Shown: positions 9,327 to 18,862, numbered from the stretch's first letter. The stretch: 45,747 bases of DNA from Candidatus Hodarchaeum mangrovi (GCA_016839515.1 JAEOUE010000230.1:1-45747); one strand, 5' to 3'. Translations and numbers: made by a program. Notes: generated by a model not told the origin, from the letters alone.

Positions 9327-9986
9327 CTAAGAAACTATAATCGTCGCTTCCATCGTATAATGACCGAACCCACAGTATTCTGCACAATGAACTGCATAGC
9401 TACCAGGTGTTGAGACTTTTAGGTAAATAATATTGAATCGTCCAGGAATCATATCAAGTTTAATTGACAATTCATGGCAATAAAAGCTATGAATAACATC
9501 TGTACTAGTTAAATTTAACTTATAGGATTTATTAACCTGTAAATATACAATGTTTGTTGTAGCATTTCCAGTTTGTTTATTATAAAACTGGAAGTAATAT
9601 TGGTAGCCTACTACTAGAATTTCTTCATCATATTCTTGATCAGTCAAATAACTTGTAGTTACTGGAAGACTTGAAATGAATAGAATAACAACAATAATTG
9701 CAGCAAATAAGATCCATGCTAATTCAATCCTAGTTTCATTCTGAATTAGCTTTCTGATGGTTTTAGAACCCGCACGGAAACGTACGAGAATATAGGTCAT
9801 TAAACCATAAACAATCCCTGCAATTAATAAAGAAAAAAATAAAACAACAGCGAAAAGAGACTCAAGTTGAGGGGTGTATTGGGATCCTCCTTGTCCAATG
9901 GTTTTAGAAACTAAATTCGTGACTACATAAAAAAAACCTCCCAAGCTTAAGAATTTGACAATATAATTATTCCTCATTCGTCTCAT
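9327..9986 (-). CDS. ctaC: Heme-copper oxidase subunit II with CuA site, no fused cytochrome c
   Basis: IELAW, GYQYYF, DVIHSF, CAEYCGFGHYTM; no CxxCH motif. Confidence 0.95.
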   Translation of the reverse strand: MRRMRNNYIVKFLSLGGFFYVVTNLVSKTIGQGGSQYTPQLESLFAVVLFFSLLIAGIVYGLMTYILVRFRAGSKTIRKLIQNETRIELAWILFAAIIVVILFISSLPVTTSYLTDQEYDEEILVVGYQYYFQFYNKQTGNATTNIVYLQVNKSYKLNLTSTDVIHSFYCHELSIKLDMIPGRFNIIYLKVSTPGSYAVHCAEYCGFGHYTMEATIIVS

Positions 9987-10064
9987 CCTTTAATTTTCAC
10001 TTATTTCATCTATTTAAGATTTTTTTCGTGATATTATCTGAAAGATTTTTCTTTAGTGATTTTT

Positions 10065-11519
10065 TTAAATCAGATATACTAATGTGAAAAGAATAATCCA
10101 AACTAGGTCTACAAAATGCCAATAGAGTCCTACTAATTCGACTGCTCCATAATTTTCTTTTGTGAAACCCCCACGATAGGCTTTTAGTGTTGTAAAAAAT
10201 ACCAGCAATACCCCAAAAAATACATGAAGCCCATGTAATCCTGTTTGAATGTAAAATGTAGAACCAAATAGATTTGTTGCTGGTGTAAATTGTTCCTGAA
10301 ATAAATTAGAATATTCAAATAATTGAATTCCTAAAAAAATTGTGCCTAATGTACAGGTGGCTGCTAAAAACTGCCATAAATGCTTTCTATTTCCATATTG
10401 AATTGCTTCAACCGCCTTAACCATTGTAAAGCTACTTACAATTAAGATAAAAGTATTAATGGCTGTAAGAGGTATATTAAGAATGTCTCCTGGATTTGGC
10501 CAATTAGCTCCTGATGCGATTCTTAATCCAAATGATGTGCCAATTATCATAGAAAATAGAATTACTTCAGAACCCAAAAATATCCAAACCCATCCTTCCT
10601 GAGTGTGCTTAAACAAATTCTGAGTATAAGCCTCATTAAAAATAAAACCAATAAGTAAAACGAAAAAAATCCACAACAAAGCAATTGCAGAAATTTCCTG
10701 ACCTTGAGTAAATAAAAGAATCGCATAAGCAACGAATAAAGTTCCTATTGCCAAGGCAGCTGGCCATAGAACCACCTCATGAACATATTCAGTAGAACTG
10801 TTAGAAGGATCTTCTTCAATATCTTTTGGTTTTTTGCTGAATCCAATTAGTATAATAAGTATTAATCCAAGAAATGCAGCTAGGAGCACAATTGGTAATA
10901 AATCACCACCACCCCCAGGTAGGAAGTCAGATAGTATAGGAATGTCATAAATAAGAGTGCCTCCATAAACAATTATTGCTCCCGCTCCAGCAACCATTGT
11001 CAAGATTAAATAGCCAAAGATTTGACTACCAAGATAGAGAATTTGAATTAAAAAATTTTGTTTGTTATAAAGACGTTCATGACGATAATTAACAAAGTAA
11101 ATGCGTATTAAACCCGCAAAGATAAAAAAATAAGTACCAAAAATTGACCAAATTACTTTATATGAAATTATTTCGCTCTTTCCTGCTAATTCGATACCCA
11201 AAAACAGGTTATCAAGATTTATATTTGATATTCCAATGTTTCCAGAAGCATCTAGGAATCCAGCAATTGCTGCAATAAATAACATGAATAAACCATAAAT
11301 CAAACATATAAACGCGACAAATTCAAATTTATCAAGAATCTGAATAAATTTAGCCTCAGAAATTTTAACCCTTCTGTCAAATAGTAATGAAAATGGTTTT
11401 TTCTGAAATAGATTGAGAGCATTTAAAATTGATATGATAAAAACGATTATACTTGTTATTAAACTAGCTGCAAGTAGTGCGATATGAAAATGTAATAAAA
11501 TTGGGTGTAACTCAGCCAT
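10065..11519 (-). CDS. ctaE: Fusion of an N-terminal DUF2231-like membrane domain with cytochrome oxidase subunit III
   Basis: C-terminal half has WIFLGSEVILF, NTFILIVSSFT, QLFEY, TGLHGLHV and YWHFVDLVW. The N-terminal ~230 aa begin HPILLHFHIAL and contain AAIAGFLDA. Confidence 0.88.
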   Translation of the reverse strand: MAELHPILLHFHIALLAASLITSIIVFIISILNALNLFQKKPFSLLFDRRVKISEAKFIQILDKFEFVAFICLIYGLFMLFIAAIAGFLDASGNIGISNINLDNLFLGIELAGKSEIISYKVIWSIFGTYFFIFAGLIRIYFVNYRHERLYNKQNFLIQILYLGSQIFGYLILTMVAGAGAIIVYGGTLIYDIPILSDFLPGGGGDLLPIVLLAAFLGLILIILIGFSKKPKDIEEDPSNSSTEYVHEVVLWPAALAIGTLFVAYAILLFTQGQEISAIALLWIFFVLLIGFIFNEAYTQNLFKHTQEGWVWIFLGSEVILFSMIIGTSFGLRIASGANWPNPGDILNIPLTAINTFILIVSSFTMVKAVEAIQYGNRKHLWQFLAATCTLGTIFLGIQLFEYSNLFQEQFTPATNLFGSTFYIQTGLHGLHVFFGVLLVFFTTLKAYRGGFTKENYGAVELVGLYWHFVDLVWIILFTLVYLI

Positions 11520-12308
11520 TCAAGATTCCTCCTTATTATTATGTTTGTTATTGAGTAATTTACGCCCTTTATTATCTACATAAATTAATAAAATAAAAAG
11601 AGTTAAGAAAAATACGGTCCCTAGTAAGAATGGTGGTCCAAAGTCAACAAAATACGGACTGGCACCCTGTAAATTAAGTCTACCCGACCCACGAGTAGTT
11701 TTAACATGTTGAACTTCAAAAGAATCAGAATCAGAGTAGGCCCAAATGATTTTAATATCCCCTGTAAGAGGGATCGGCTTATCGTAGGAATCTCCTGTAT
11801 TAAGTAAACGTTTAAACTCAATGGTCGTTGTACCGTCTACTTCAGTTCCATTAAACTGAATTATATCAGAAGTACCTCCAAGCTCAGAATCAGGTGGATG
11901 AGGTCCTGTTGGTCCTGTACTGAAAGCATCAATGATTTCTACTTCACCAGAGTCTGTAACCCATCCAAAAACCATATCTGCATCTTGCATTAATAAAACA
12001 GGATCAATTCCAATAGCTAGCCATCCAGTTGATTTTGCTCTCATTCCAATAATGATTTCATTCCCATTTCCACTCCAAAAAATTTGAAAGTTTCCATCAA
12101 CAAAACTGATATTATGCATATACTCTCCATCTGAAATGATACCATCTATTGCATTAATTGTTACACGAGCTGAATTTTTATGAACCTGTAATGATGAAAA
12201 AACCAATAAATTTACCAATGAGGATAGGATAACTAAATTTATTATATAATTTTGAAAACGATTAGATTTCTTTTTTCTTAATGCCTGTAACAATTTTGAA
12301 GAAGTCAT
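11520..12308 (-). CDS. Membrane-anchored extracellular DOMON-domain protein (putative heme b binder), first gene of the oxidase operon
   Basis: N-terminal signal/TM; GWLAIGI...MQDADMVFGWV, TTIEFKRLLNTGDSYD, IIWAY...H; C-terminal TM. Its TGA stop directly abuts the ATG of the subunit III fusion. Confidence 0.85.
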   Translation of the reverse strand: MTSSKLLQALRKKKSNRFQNYIINLVILSSLVNLLVFSSLQVHKNSARVTINAIDGIISDGEYMHNISFVDGNFQIFWSGNGNEIIIGMRAKSTGWLAIGIDPVLLMQDADMVFGWVTDSGEVEIIDAFSTGPTGPHPPDSELGGTSDIIQFNGTEVDGTTTIEFKRLLNTGDSYDKPIPLTGDIKIIWAYSDSDSFEVQHVKTTRGSGRLNLQGASPYFVDFGPPFLLGTVFFLTLFILLIYVDNKGRKLLNNKHNNKEES

Positions 12309-12545
12309 AATCAGACCACCGAGTGATAAACATCAAATTAAAGAGCTAGTTCAACTATAGTAGAGTCTTTTTTAAAGTTACTATTCATAGAGGTATAGAA
12401 TCGGAGCAGGATAATATTAGATTCATAAAAGTTTCTTTAATAAAATTACACTCTTACGAAAAAGGAAATTGAGAGGTTTTTCCTAATTAACTTGACTATC
12501 TCACATTAAATTCAAAAAGATAAAAATATAATTTAATAAATAGTA

Positions 12546-12572
12546 GGAAGAGATCAAATATGATCTCTTTCC
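12546..12572. repeat. Inverted repeat/hairpin AAGAGATCA-aata-TGATCTCTT (operator or terminator)
   Basis: Perfect 9-bp arms at 12548-12556 and 12561-12569, extendable by GG/CC with one bulge; lies in the 508-bp gap between the BtpA-family gene and the oxidase operon. Confidence 0.55.
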
Positions 12573-12816
12573 GATATCGAGCGGATTGATGTTGAATGAG
12601 GAAGAAAATTAGTTCAAATTAACTATAGTGAATTTAGGATTATAAAGATTGCTTAAACATCCTTTACTATGATTTTGATCCCTGAGTAACTATTCACTAT
12701 TTATCTCCTTGGAATAGTCGTTAATTAAAAGCAGCGTCTTCATTGATAACGAATTAATAATTATTAATATTAATAGGGGATTGAGAAAAGAAAGTTCATA
12801 TATCACTATTGTAAAT

Positions 12817-13626
12817 TTAATATTCTTTCTTGTCTTTTTCAGATTTCCAAATTTGTGACAGTTTTTCAGCTTTATTTTGATCTATTAAAGCACTAAGATC
12901 TCCATTTTTTAAAAATGTTCCCACAATAGCCCCAGAAATATATGGAAAGACTTGTTGAACGTTTTTGCTTGTCAATCCACTTCCCAAAATAGGTTTAATT
13001 CCTGTTAATTGATACAATTTTTGTAGGTCAACAAGATGAATCATTGATCCTGTTTCTCTTCCTGAAACAATTATAGCATCAGCTTTTCCTCGGATTAAAG
13101 CATTCTTAGAGGCCTCTTCAAGAGAAAAATTCCCTAATGGAGAAGCATGTTTAACATGAACATCAGCTAATATCATAATGTTTAATCCAAATATGTTCTT
13201 CTTTCGAATAACATCATATGCAACGCTTTCTATTTTACCTTGGTCTGTTATATATGTCCCTTCCCATACATTACAGCGAATAAAGGCAGCTCCATGTACT
13301 GCAGCCATGATTAAAGCCTGTTTACAGGCATTACGTAAGATATTGATTCCAAAAGGAATTTTTATTTCTTTAACTATCTCTCCCACGATAGTACTCATCA
13401 CGAGATATTTATAATCATCTAGACGGTATTTTGGAAAGGGATTATCATGAAAATTCTCGATTAAAATGGCATCAAATCCTGTTTCTTGAAGAACTTGTAC
13501 ATCACATAAACAGTGTTCGATTACTGAATCTAAAGATTTTTCACTAGGCCTTGGAAAAGGAGGTAAATGAATCATTCCAATTAAAGGTTTGGTTGTTAGG
13601 TCAAAGGAATTAATCAGCTGAGCCAT
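12817..13626 (-). CDS. BtpA/SgcQ family TIM-barrel protein
   Basis: IGMIHLPP, IENFHDNPF, GINILRN, ADVHVKHA, ADAIIVSG, GAIVGT. Confidence 0.92.
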   Translation of the reverse strand: MAQLINSFDLTTKPLIGMIHLPPFPRPSEKSLDSVIEHCLCDVQVLQETGFDAILIENFHDNPFPKYRLDDYKYLVMSTIVGEIVKEIKIPFGINILRNACKQALIMAAVHGAAFIRCNVWEGTYITDQGKIESVAYDVIRKKNIFGLNIMILADVHVKHASPLGNFSLEEASKNALIRGKADAIIVSGRETGSMIHLVDLQKLYQLTGIKPILGSGLTSKNVQQVFPYISGAIVGTFLKNGDLSALIDQNKAEKLSQIWKSEKDKKEY

Positions 13627-13816
13627 GATACAACCTCTTATTATTCTACTTCATTTATTAAATTATTTGAGAATCTTATATATATAAGATAGCTTTTGAT
13701 GTAAAGTTTAAAATACTTTTAATCTATTTTCAAATCACCAAACAATTATTACGAAATATTATAACAAAGAAATATAATTAAACTTTAATAAAATCGTTTT
13801 ATAAAGAGGGATATTC

Positions 13817-14251
13817 TTGTCTGAGTTTGACACACCAATAATTCATAAAACTTTTATAAAAGCGAAAAGAGAAAAAGTATTTAATGCAATAACTACCTCA
13901 GAAGGTCTAGATGGGTGGTTTACTAGAGGTACATCAGTCGATCTCAAGCCTGGAGGAATAATGCATTTAAAATGGGTAAATTGGGGCGTAGATAAAATTA
14001 CCACAGAGGCAGTTTGTCCTATTATTGATGTAATTATTCCTGAGAAATTTTCTTTTAAATGGTGGGAAGATCATTATACTACTGTTGAAATATTTTTTGA
14101 AGAGGTCGAAGGTGGCACTATTGTCATGTTAAAAGAAACAGGTTACCAAGATACAAAGGAAGGTCGTCGAAGATGTCTTGAATGTGCTGTAGGTTGGGGA
14201 GAAGCATTAACACTTCTCAAATTTTTTGTTGAATATAATATTAGATATTAA
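13817..14251 (+). CDS. SRPBCC/AHSA1 (START-like) domain protein
   Basis: EKVFNAITT..GLDGWF, DLKPGG, FSFKW and C-terminal GWGEALTLLK helix. Confidence 0.88.
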   Translation: MSEFDTPIIHKTFIKAKREKVFNAITTSEGLDGWFTRGTSVDLKPGGIMHLKWVNWGVDKITTEAVCPIIDVIIPEKFSFKWWEDHYTTVEIFFEEVEGGTIVMLKETGYQDTKEGRRRCLECAVGWGEALTLLKFFVEYNIRY

Positions 14252-14286
14252 AAGAAATAAACAATCTAGCTAAAATTGGAATTTAG

Positions 14287-14559
14287 ATGCTCGAAATTCA
14301 TATTTATGGATCACTCAAAACCTTATTTGTTCCAAAAGCTTCTTTAGCAGAAGATACAATAGTTTCACGAGATTTCTTACCAAATGAGGTTTTTAGTCAA
14401 CTATTAGATCGATTAAATATTAGCATGGAAGTATGTGGGGATTGCTTCATCAACGGTAGATTAGCAAAACAGACTGATATCATTCCGAAGGGAGCAAGAA
14501 TTGGAATTTTTCCGAAGGGAATGAATTTAATTGATGGAGGTCTATATCTTAAGATATAG
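14287..14559 (+). CDS. MoaD/ThiS-like beta-grasp (ubiquitin-like) protein
   Basis: IHIYGSLK, LLDRLNI, FINGR, GARIGIFP; GG followed by the tail LYLKI. Confidence 0.65.
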   Translation: MLEIHIYGSLKTLFVPKASLAEDTIVSRDFLPNEVFSQLLDRLNISMEVCGDCFINGRLAKQTDIIPKGARIGIFPKGMNLIDGGLYLKI

Positions 14560-14643
14560 TAGATTTATGATCTCTAAAGAAAAATTCTTAAACTAAATCC
14601 TATGAAGTTTTCGTGCATGACAAAATATTGTTATGTAATGACG

Positions 14644-14713
14644 AAGGTTTTACCGACTGATGATCCAAGTTTTTGCTTAGGAAATGATGAGAACTGGCAA
14701 CTGACTAAACCTT
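14644..14713 (+). ncRNA. Candidate archaeal box C/D sRNA
   Basis: CTGATGA (14657-63, box C-like), ATGATGA (14684-90, C'), CTGA (14701-04, box D), flanked by the complementary arms AAGGTTT/AAACCTT. D' is degenerate. Intergenic location. Confidence 0.4.
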
Positions 14714-14910
14714 TAGTAGGGAAAGGGATTAATACGGCTCACATTGTACAGATTCCGATTTTTTTCTCCCCTAGCGTGAAAAATCATATTATTTTGAATA
14801 TACTCTCCTTTTTAATTTTAACATTTAACCTCAATTTTAAATATCTCGTTTTTCTATAAATTTAGTGTTCCTTAATAGGTTCAAATTTTTAATAGGGATG
14901 AAGTTCAGAA

Positions 14911-16773
14911 ATGAATGAGGAATTATACAACAATGTACGTAAATTTCTTCTACAAAAAAATCTAAATGAAGCGGAAAGCCTCTATTATAGTAATTTGGAA
15001 ACTAATCTCTCTGATACAAACTTTGAAGCTTTTTATTGGCGTTCACTTATTGAAGCGGAAATTTTTAGGACAAAAAATGAATATAGGATCTCTAAAGAAA
15101 AATTAATGGCAATAGTTCGAAATAGATTTAATACATCATTGAATTTTTCTCAACGTCGACGATTATATGGACGTTTAGGAGTTATTTCATATAATCTAGA
15201 AGAGTACGAAGAAACTGTTAATTGGTTAGAACCTGTACTCCCTCTTTGTACTGAAAATATAGGAAGATATAATTATTACAATTTTTTTCTGTTAAAATCC
15301 CTTAAACAGCTTAATAACCAAGAAAAATTCTCAAATTTTCTTTTCCAAGGATTATCACTGAACCTTAATATTTTTAATGAAACCAGGCCTTCTTCGACTT
15401 TAAATTATTTAAATGATCTTTTAGTAATTTTACAAGAAAGCCCAAATTATCGAATTATTATATCGAATGTTGAAAATTTTATTGGAGAATCCCAGAATAA
15501 TTATGCTGAGATATTATTATCCTATTTCAAAGCCATAGCGTCATCTAAATTAAAAGAATTGTCACAATTTTGTGATCAATTACAAATATGTGTCGAAAAA
15601 ATAACGCCTTTCTCCAAAGAATTAAAATTCCAACTATATTGGAATCTTAGTTACCAATTAGAAAACACCTTTAGCGATTACCAAAGAGCAAAAGAATTAT
15701 TAGAAAAATGTTTAATAGACTACCCAAATCCTTGTTGGCAGCGAATATCACTTTTAAATAAGTTAGGTTCTTTATTACGGTTTATAGGAGATTATAACCA
15801 AGCAATTAACTATTTAGAAGAATCTATTGATATCAACAGCAGATCTATAAATGATTCTTGGTATAAATCGTATTCTCATAACACTCTTGGTATGATTCAC
15901 ACATTTTTGGGAGATGTAACGTCTGCACACAATCATTACGGGGCGAGTTTGTCACTTAGTGAGAATTCAAAAGATTTTTATAGTTTGGGTTATGTTTATG
16001 GGGCATTGGGTTGGTTAAATTCCAATCAAGGAAGTTTAATAAAAGCGAAACACTATTATGAAAATGCAATCAATACTTTTTTGAAAATTTCAAAATCACC
16101 ACCCTCAATCATCCTTCTTGCCTATGCAGAAATGTTAGCTCAGCTTGATTTCATAAAAAACCAAGAAGAGATTGAATCTCTATTAAAAAAGGCAGAAAAA
16201 TTAGTTGAAAAATCTCAACGACCTTTGGATTATGGTAGATATTATAACTCTAAAGCTTATATTCTTCTTCATCAAAAAGAATTTCAGAAAGGACTTAAAA
16301 CTTTTAGAAAAGCATTGGAATATTCAGAATCTTTTGAAGTTGAGACAAGAACACTTTTAGGAATGAGTCAAGCTTCTCTTGAGCTCTACATTAGTATCGG
16401 AGAAGAGGAATATCTGAATAAAACTGAATTGTATCTTAAGGACTTAAAAAATGCTGTAAAAGCTTCTAAAATTATAACAGGAGAGGTAGAACTTCTACTT
16501 AGTATCATTACTTTACATAATTTACAATTTTCTGAAGCTAGGGACTCATTTGAAAGACTTTTGAACTTTATACATCTTAATAATCTTACACAATTAGAAG
16601 AAAAAGTATATAAACAATTTAAAATCCTTCAAATTCTCCAAAAGCAACAAGATTTAGATGCTTTTGTTCATTCAAGTCAAGAATTCGTCGAATTTAAAAC
16701 AACCTCGATACGTGAAATGATTGATTATATTAAAGAAATTTTGATGCTTCTTAGTGCATATGATGAGAAATAA
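14911..16773 (+). CDS. Tetratricopeptide-repeat (TPR) protein
   Basis: Repeated TPR-like helix pairs: LNKLGSLLRFIGDYNQAINYLEESI, HNTLGMIHTFLGD...HYGASL, YGALGWLNSNQG...YYENAI. Confidence 0.85.
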   Translation: MNEELYNNVRKFLLQKNLNEAESLYYSNLETNLSDTNFEAFYWRSLIEAEIFRTKNEYRISKEKLMAIVRNRFNTSLNFSQRRRLYGRLGVISYNLEEYEETVNWLEPVLPLCTENIGRYNYYNFFLLKSLKQLNNQEKFSNFLFQGLSLNLNIFNETRPSSTLNYLNDLLVILQESPNYRIIISNVENFIGESQNNYAEILLSYFKAIASSKLKELSQFCDQLQICVEKITPFSKELKFQLYWNLSYQLENTFSDYQRAKELLEKCLIDYPNPCWQRISLLNKLGSLLRFIGDYNQAINYLEESIDINSRSINDSWYKSYSHNTLGMIHTFLGDVTSAHNHYGASLSLSENSKDFYSLGYVYGALGWLNSNQGSLIKAKHYYENAINTFLKISKSPPSIILLAYAEMLAQLDFIKNQEEIESLLKKAEKLVEKSQRPLDYGRYYNSKAYILLHQKEFQKGLKTFRKALEYSESFEVETRTLLGMSQASLELYISIGEEEYLNKTELYLKDLKNAVKASKIITGEVELLLSIITLHNLQFSEARDSFERLLNFIHLNNLTQLEEKVYKQFKILQILQKQQDLDAFVHSSQEFVEFKTTSIREMIDYIKEILMLLSAYDEK

Positions 16774-16938
16774 TGACCAGTAATTCAACAATAAAATTAT
16801 TTAGCCTAGGTATTCAAGTAAAAAGGATTATCTTTAGTCGAAAATAATAGAATGATACAGATAAAATATTATTAAATTTATACAATTGCTATCTAAATTT
16901 CCATTATCTATAAATTGAAAGAGTTGAAGGAATAGTAA

Positions 16939-18090
16939 ATGAATATTACTCAACTAAGAGAAAATTTTCCAGTGGTTGAAAAAGCTATCTATCTCAATCA
17001 CGCTGCAATTGGCCCCAGTCCATTACCAGTCCAAGATTTAACCCAAAAATGGATGGTTCATCATAAAACTTATGGAGAGTTATATTTCAGACCATTAAAT
17101 CAGATGTATGAAGAGATAAATAAGGATCGGAGAACTGTAGGTACTTTCATTAACGCACAGTTTCCTGAGGAAGAAATTGCCTTTACTTACAATACTAGCT
17201 ATGGTCTTGCTGCTATTGCAGAAGGTATTGATTGGAGAAAAGGTCAAGATAAAATCATATTGAATGATCTCGAATATACCTCGAATTCTTACACATATCA
17301 GGTATTAGCACAAAAATTTGACCTTGGTACATCTATAATACGGAATAAGAATGGGATTCTAGAATTAGATGATTTTAATCTTGATCAAGATACCCGACTG
17401 GTTGCGATATCTCATGTACAATTTGGAAACGGTTTTCGTATTAACCTTGAGGAATTAGCTAAAATCGTCCATGAAGTCGGAGCTTATCTTATAGTTGATG
17501 CTATTCAATCATGCGGAGCTATTCCAATAGATGTTCAAAAAATGAATATAGATTTCCTCGTAGCAGGTGGTTATAAATGGCTTCTTGGACCTATGGGTAC
17601 AGGTTTTATTTATGTGAAGAAAGACCTTGCCAATCATTTAAATCCTTCCTTTGTAGGATCAATGTCTGATATGAATCCAATGAACCTTTCTCATCATGAT
17701 TATGTTCCTGGAACGGGAGCAAAACGATTTCAAGCTTCATTAGGACCAAATTCAACACTTTTAAGTGAGGCAGTGAAATTTCTAGCAGATATCGGAATAA
17801 ATAATATATATCATCAGATTGAAAAGCTTACTTCATTGATTATTGATATTGTACTCAACACACCTGAATTTATATTACAGTCTCCTATCAAGCAGAAAAG
17901 TATGCGAAGTGGGATTATCAACTTTAAATGCCCACGAGCAAAAGAAATTGTATCTGAATTACGATATTTACCTAAAAAAGTCGCAATTTCCTATCGAGAA
18001 GGTGGATTAAGGCTTTCTCCTCATTTTTATAATACAGAAGATGAGATTATTGAAAGTTTAGAACAAATAAAAAAACTTTCACAGAAATAA
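16939..18090 (+). CDS. Aminotransferase class V PLP-dependent enzyme (SufS/isopenicillin-N-epimerase-like, no desulfurase Cys loop seen)
   Basis: IYLNHAA, FTYNTS, VDAIQS, GGYKWLLGPMG (PLP Lys), LRLSPHFYN. Confidence 0.9.
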   Translation: MNITQLRENFPVVEKAIYLNHAAIGPSPLPVQDLTQKWMVHHKTYGELYFRPLNQMYEEINKDRRTVGTFINAQFPEEEIAFTYNTSYGLAAIAEGIDWRKGQDKIILNDLEYTSNSYTYQVLAQKFDLGTSIIRNKNGILELDDFNLDQDTRLVAISHVQFGNGFRINLEELAKIVHEVGAYLIVDAIQSCGAIPIDVQKMNIDFLVAGGYKWLLGPMGTGFIYVKKDLANHLNPSFVGSMSDMNPMNLSHHDYVPGTGAKRFQASLGPNSTLLSEAVKFLADIGINNIYHQIEKLTSLIIDIVLNTPEFILQSPIKQKSMRSGIINFKCPRAKEIVSELRYLPKKVAISYREGGLRLSPHFYNTEDEIIESLEQIKKLSQK

Positions 18091-18136
18091 ACTTGATTTC
18101 ATTAACTCTTTATTTTCTAAAGAATAGAAGTTATTC

Positions 18137-18841
18137 TTATTCGCCATTTTTTGACAAGCTACTCCATGGACTCTCACCGTGCCACTCACGAATTTTTTTG
18201 ACAGGACTACCCGCATAAACCGAGTTGGAGTCAAGGGTACGATTGGCAGGAATCACAGAATTTGAAGCTACGATAACCTGATCTCCGATAGTTACACCAG
18301 GAAGAATAATGGTACCTGCACCAATTGTACAGTTTTTCCCAATTTTTATTCGCTTTCTGAATAATTCTCCTTGAGAAATAGCATGTCCTCCAATGATACA
18401 TCCAGTTCCAATCGAAGTATAATCTCCTACTTCAATTAATTCCACATCCCAAAGTCTTGTGTAAATTGCTACACCTTTACCGAGATTTCCACCAAATAAT
18501 TTATAAAATATGGCAGGAAATATTTGGTTAATGAAAAATTTGTTAACCATATAGTATGCAGTGTCTTGACAAGTCATGGCAATCCCCCATAATGCCATAT
18601 CTCTTCCAGAAAGGATTCCTTCCTCATTACGCATGAATGATCTAGCGATTTTATGGATCATTGCAAAAACGAATAATGATGAAAAAAGTGTGAATAATAA
18701 AGCCATTAAAAGTGAGAAAAAGAGTTGTAGAGGAAATCCTTGAAAAAGCTCAAAGAATATCAAAAATGAATTTACTCCGATAAAAAGTGTCAAAGCAAGT
18801 AGTATGATTTGAAAAAGAACCCATGCAACCAGTGTAATCAC
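18137..18841 (-). CDS. Membrane-anchored hexapeptide-repeat (left-handed beta-helix) acyltransferase
   Basis: Two N-terminal TM helices, then IEVGDYTSIGTGCII, IKIGKNCTIGAGTIILPGVTIGD and YAGSPVK. Confidence 0.85.
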   Translation of the reverse strand: MITLVAWVLFQIILLALTLFIGVNSFLIFFELFQGFPLQLFFSLLMALLFTLFSSLFVFAMIHKIARSFMRNEEGILSGRDMALWGIAMTCQDTAYYMVNKFFINQIFPAIFYKLFGGNLGKGVAIYTRLWDVELIEVGDYTSIGTGCIIGGHAISQGELFRKRIKIGKNCTIGAGTIILPGVTIGDQVIVASNSVIPANRTLDSNSVYAGSPVKKIREWHGESPWSSLSKNGE

Positions 18842-18862
18842 CTTAAAACGATTATTTTCAAT

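Noticed and set aside
12580-12760. RNase P or SRP RNA in the cox upstream gap
   Set aside because: No complete RNase P P4 signatures or SRP helix-8 motif, and too AT-rich.
14602-14859. 85-aa + strand ORF
   Set aside because: No recognisable motif and a low-complexity AT-rich tail. It overlaps the candidate C/D sRNA and the TPR gene promoter, so it is probably spurious.
16939-18090. Cysteine desulfurase partnering the MoaD/ThiS-like protein
   Set aside because: The catalytic Cys loop (RxGxHCA or SSGSAC) is absent near the C-terminus, and the genes are not adjacent.
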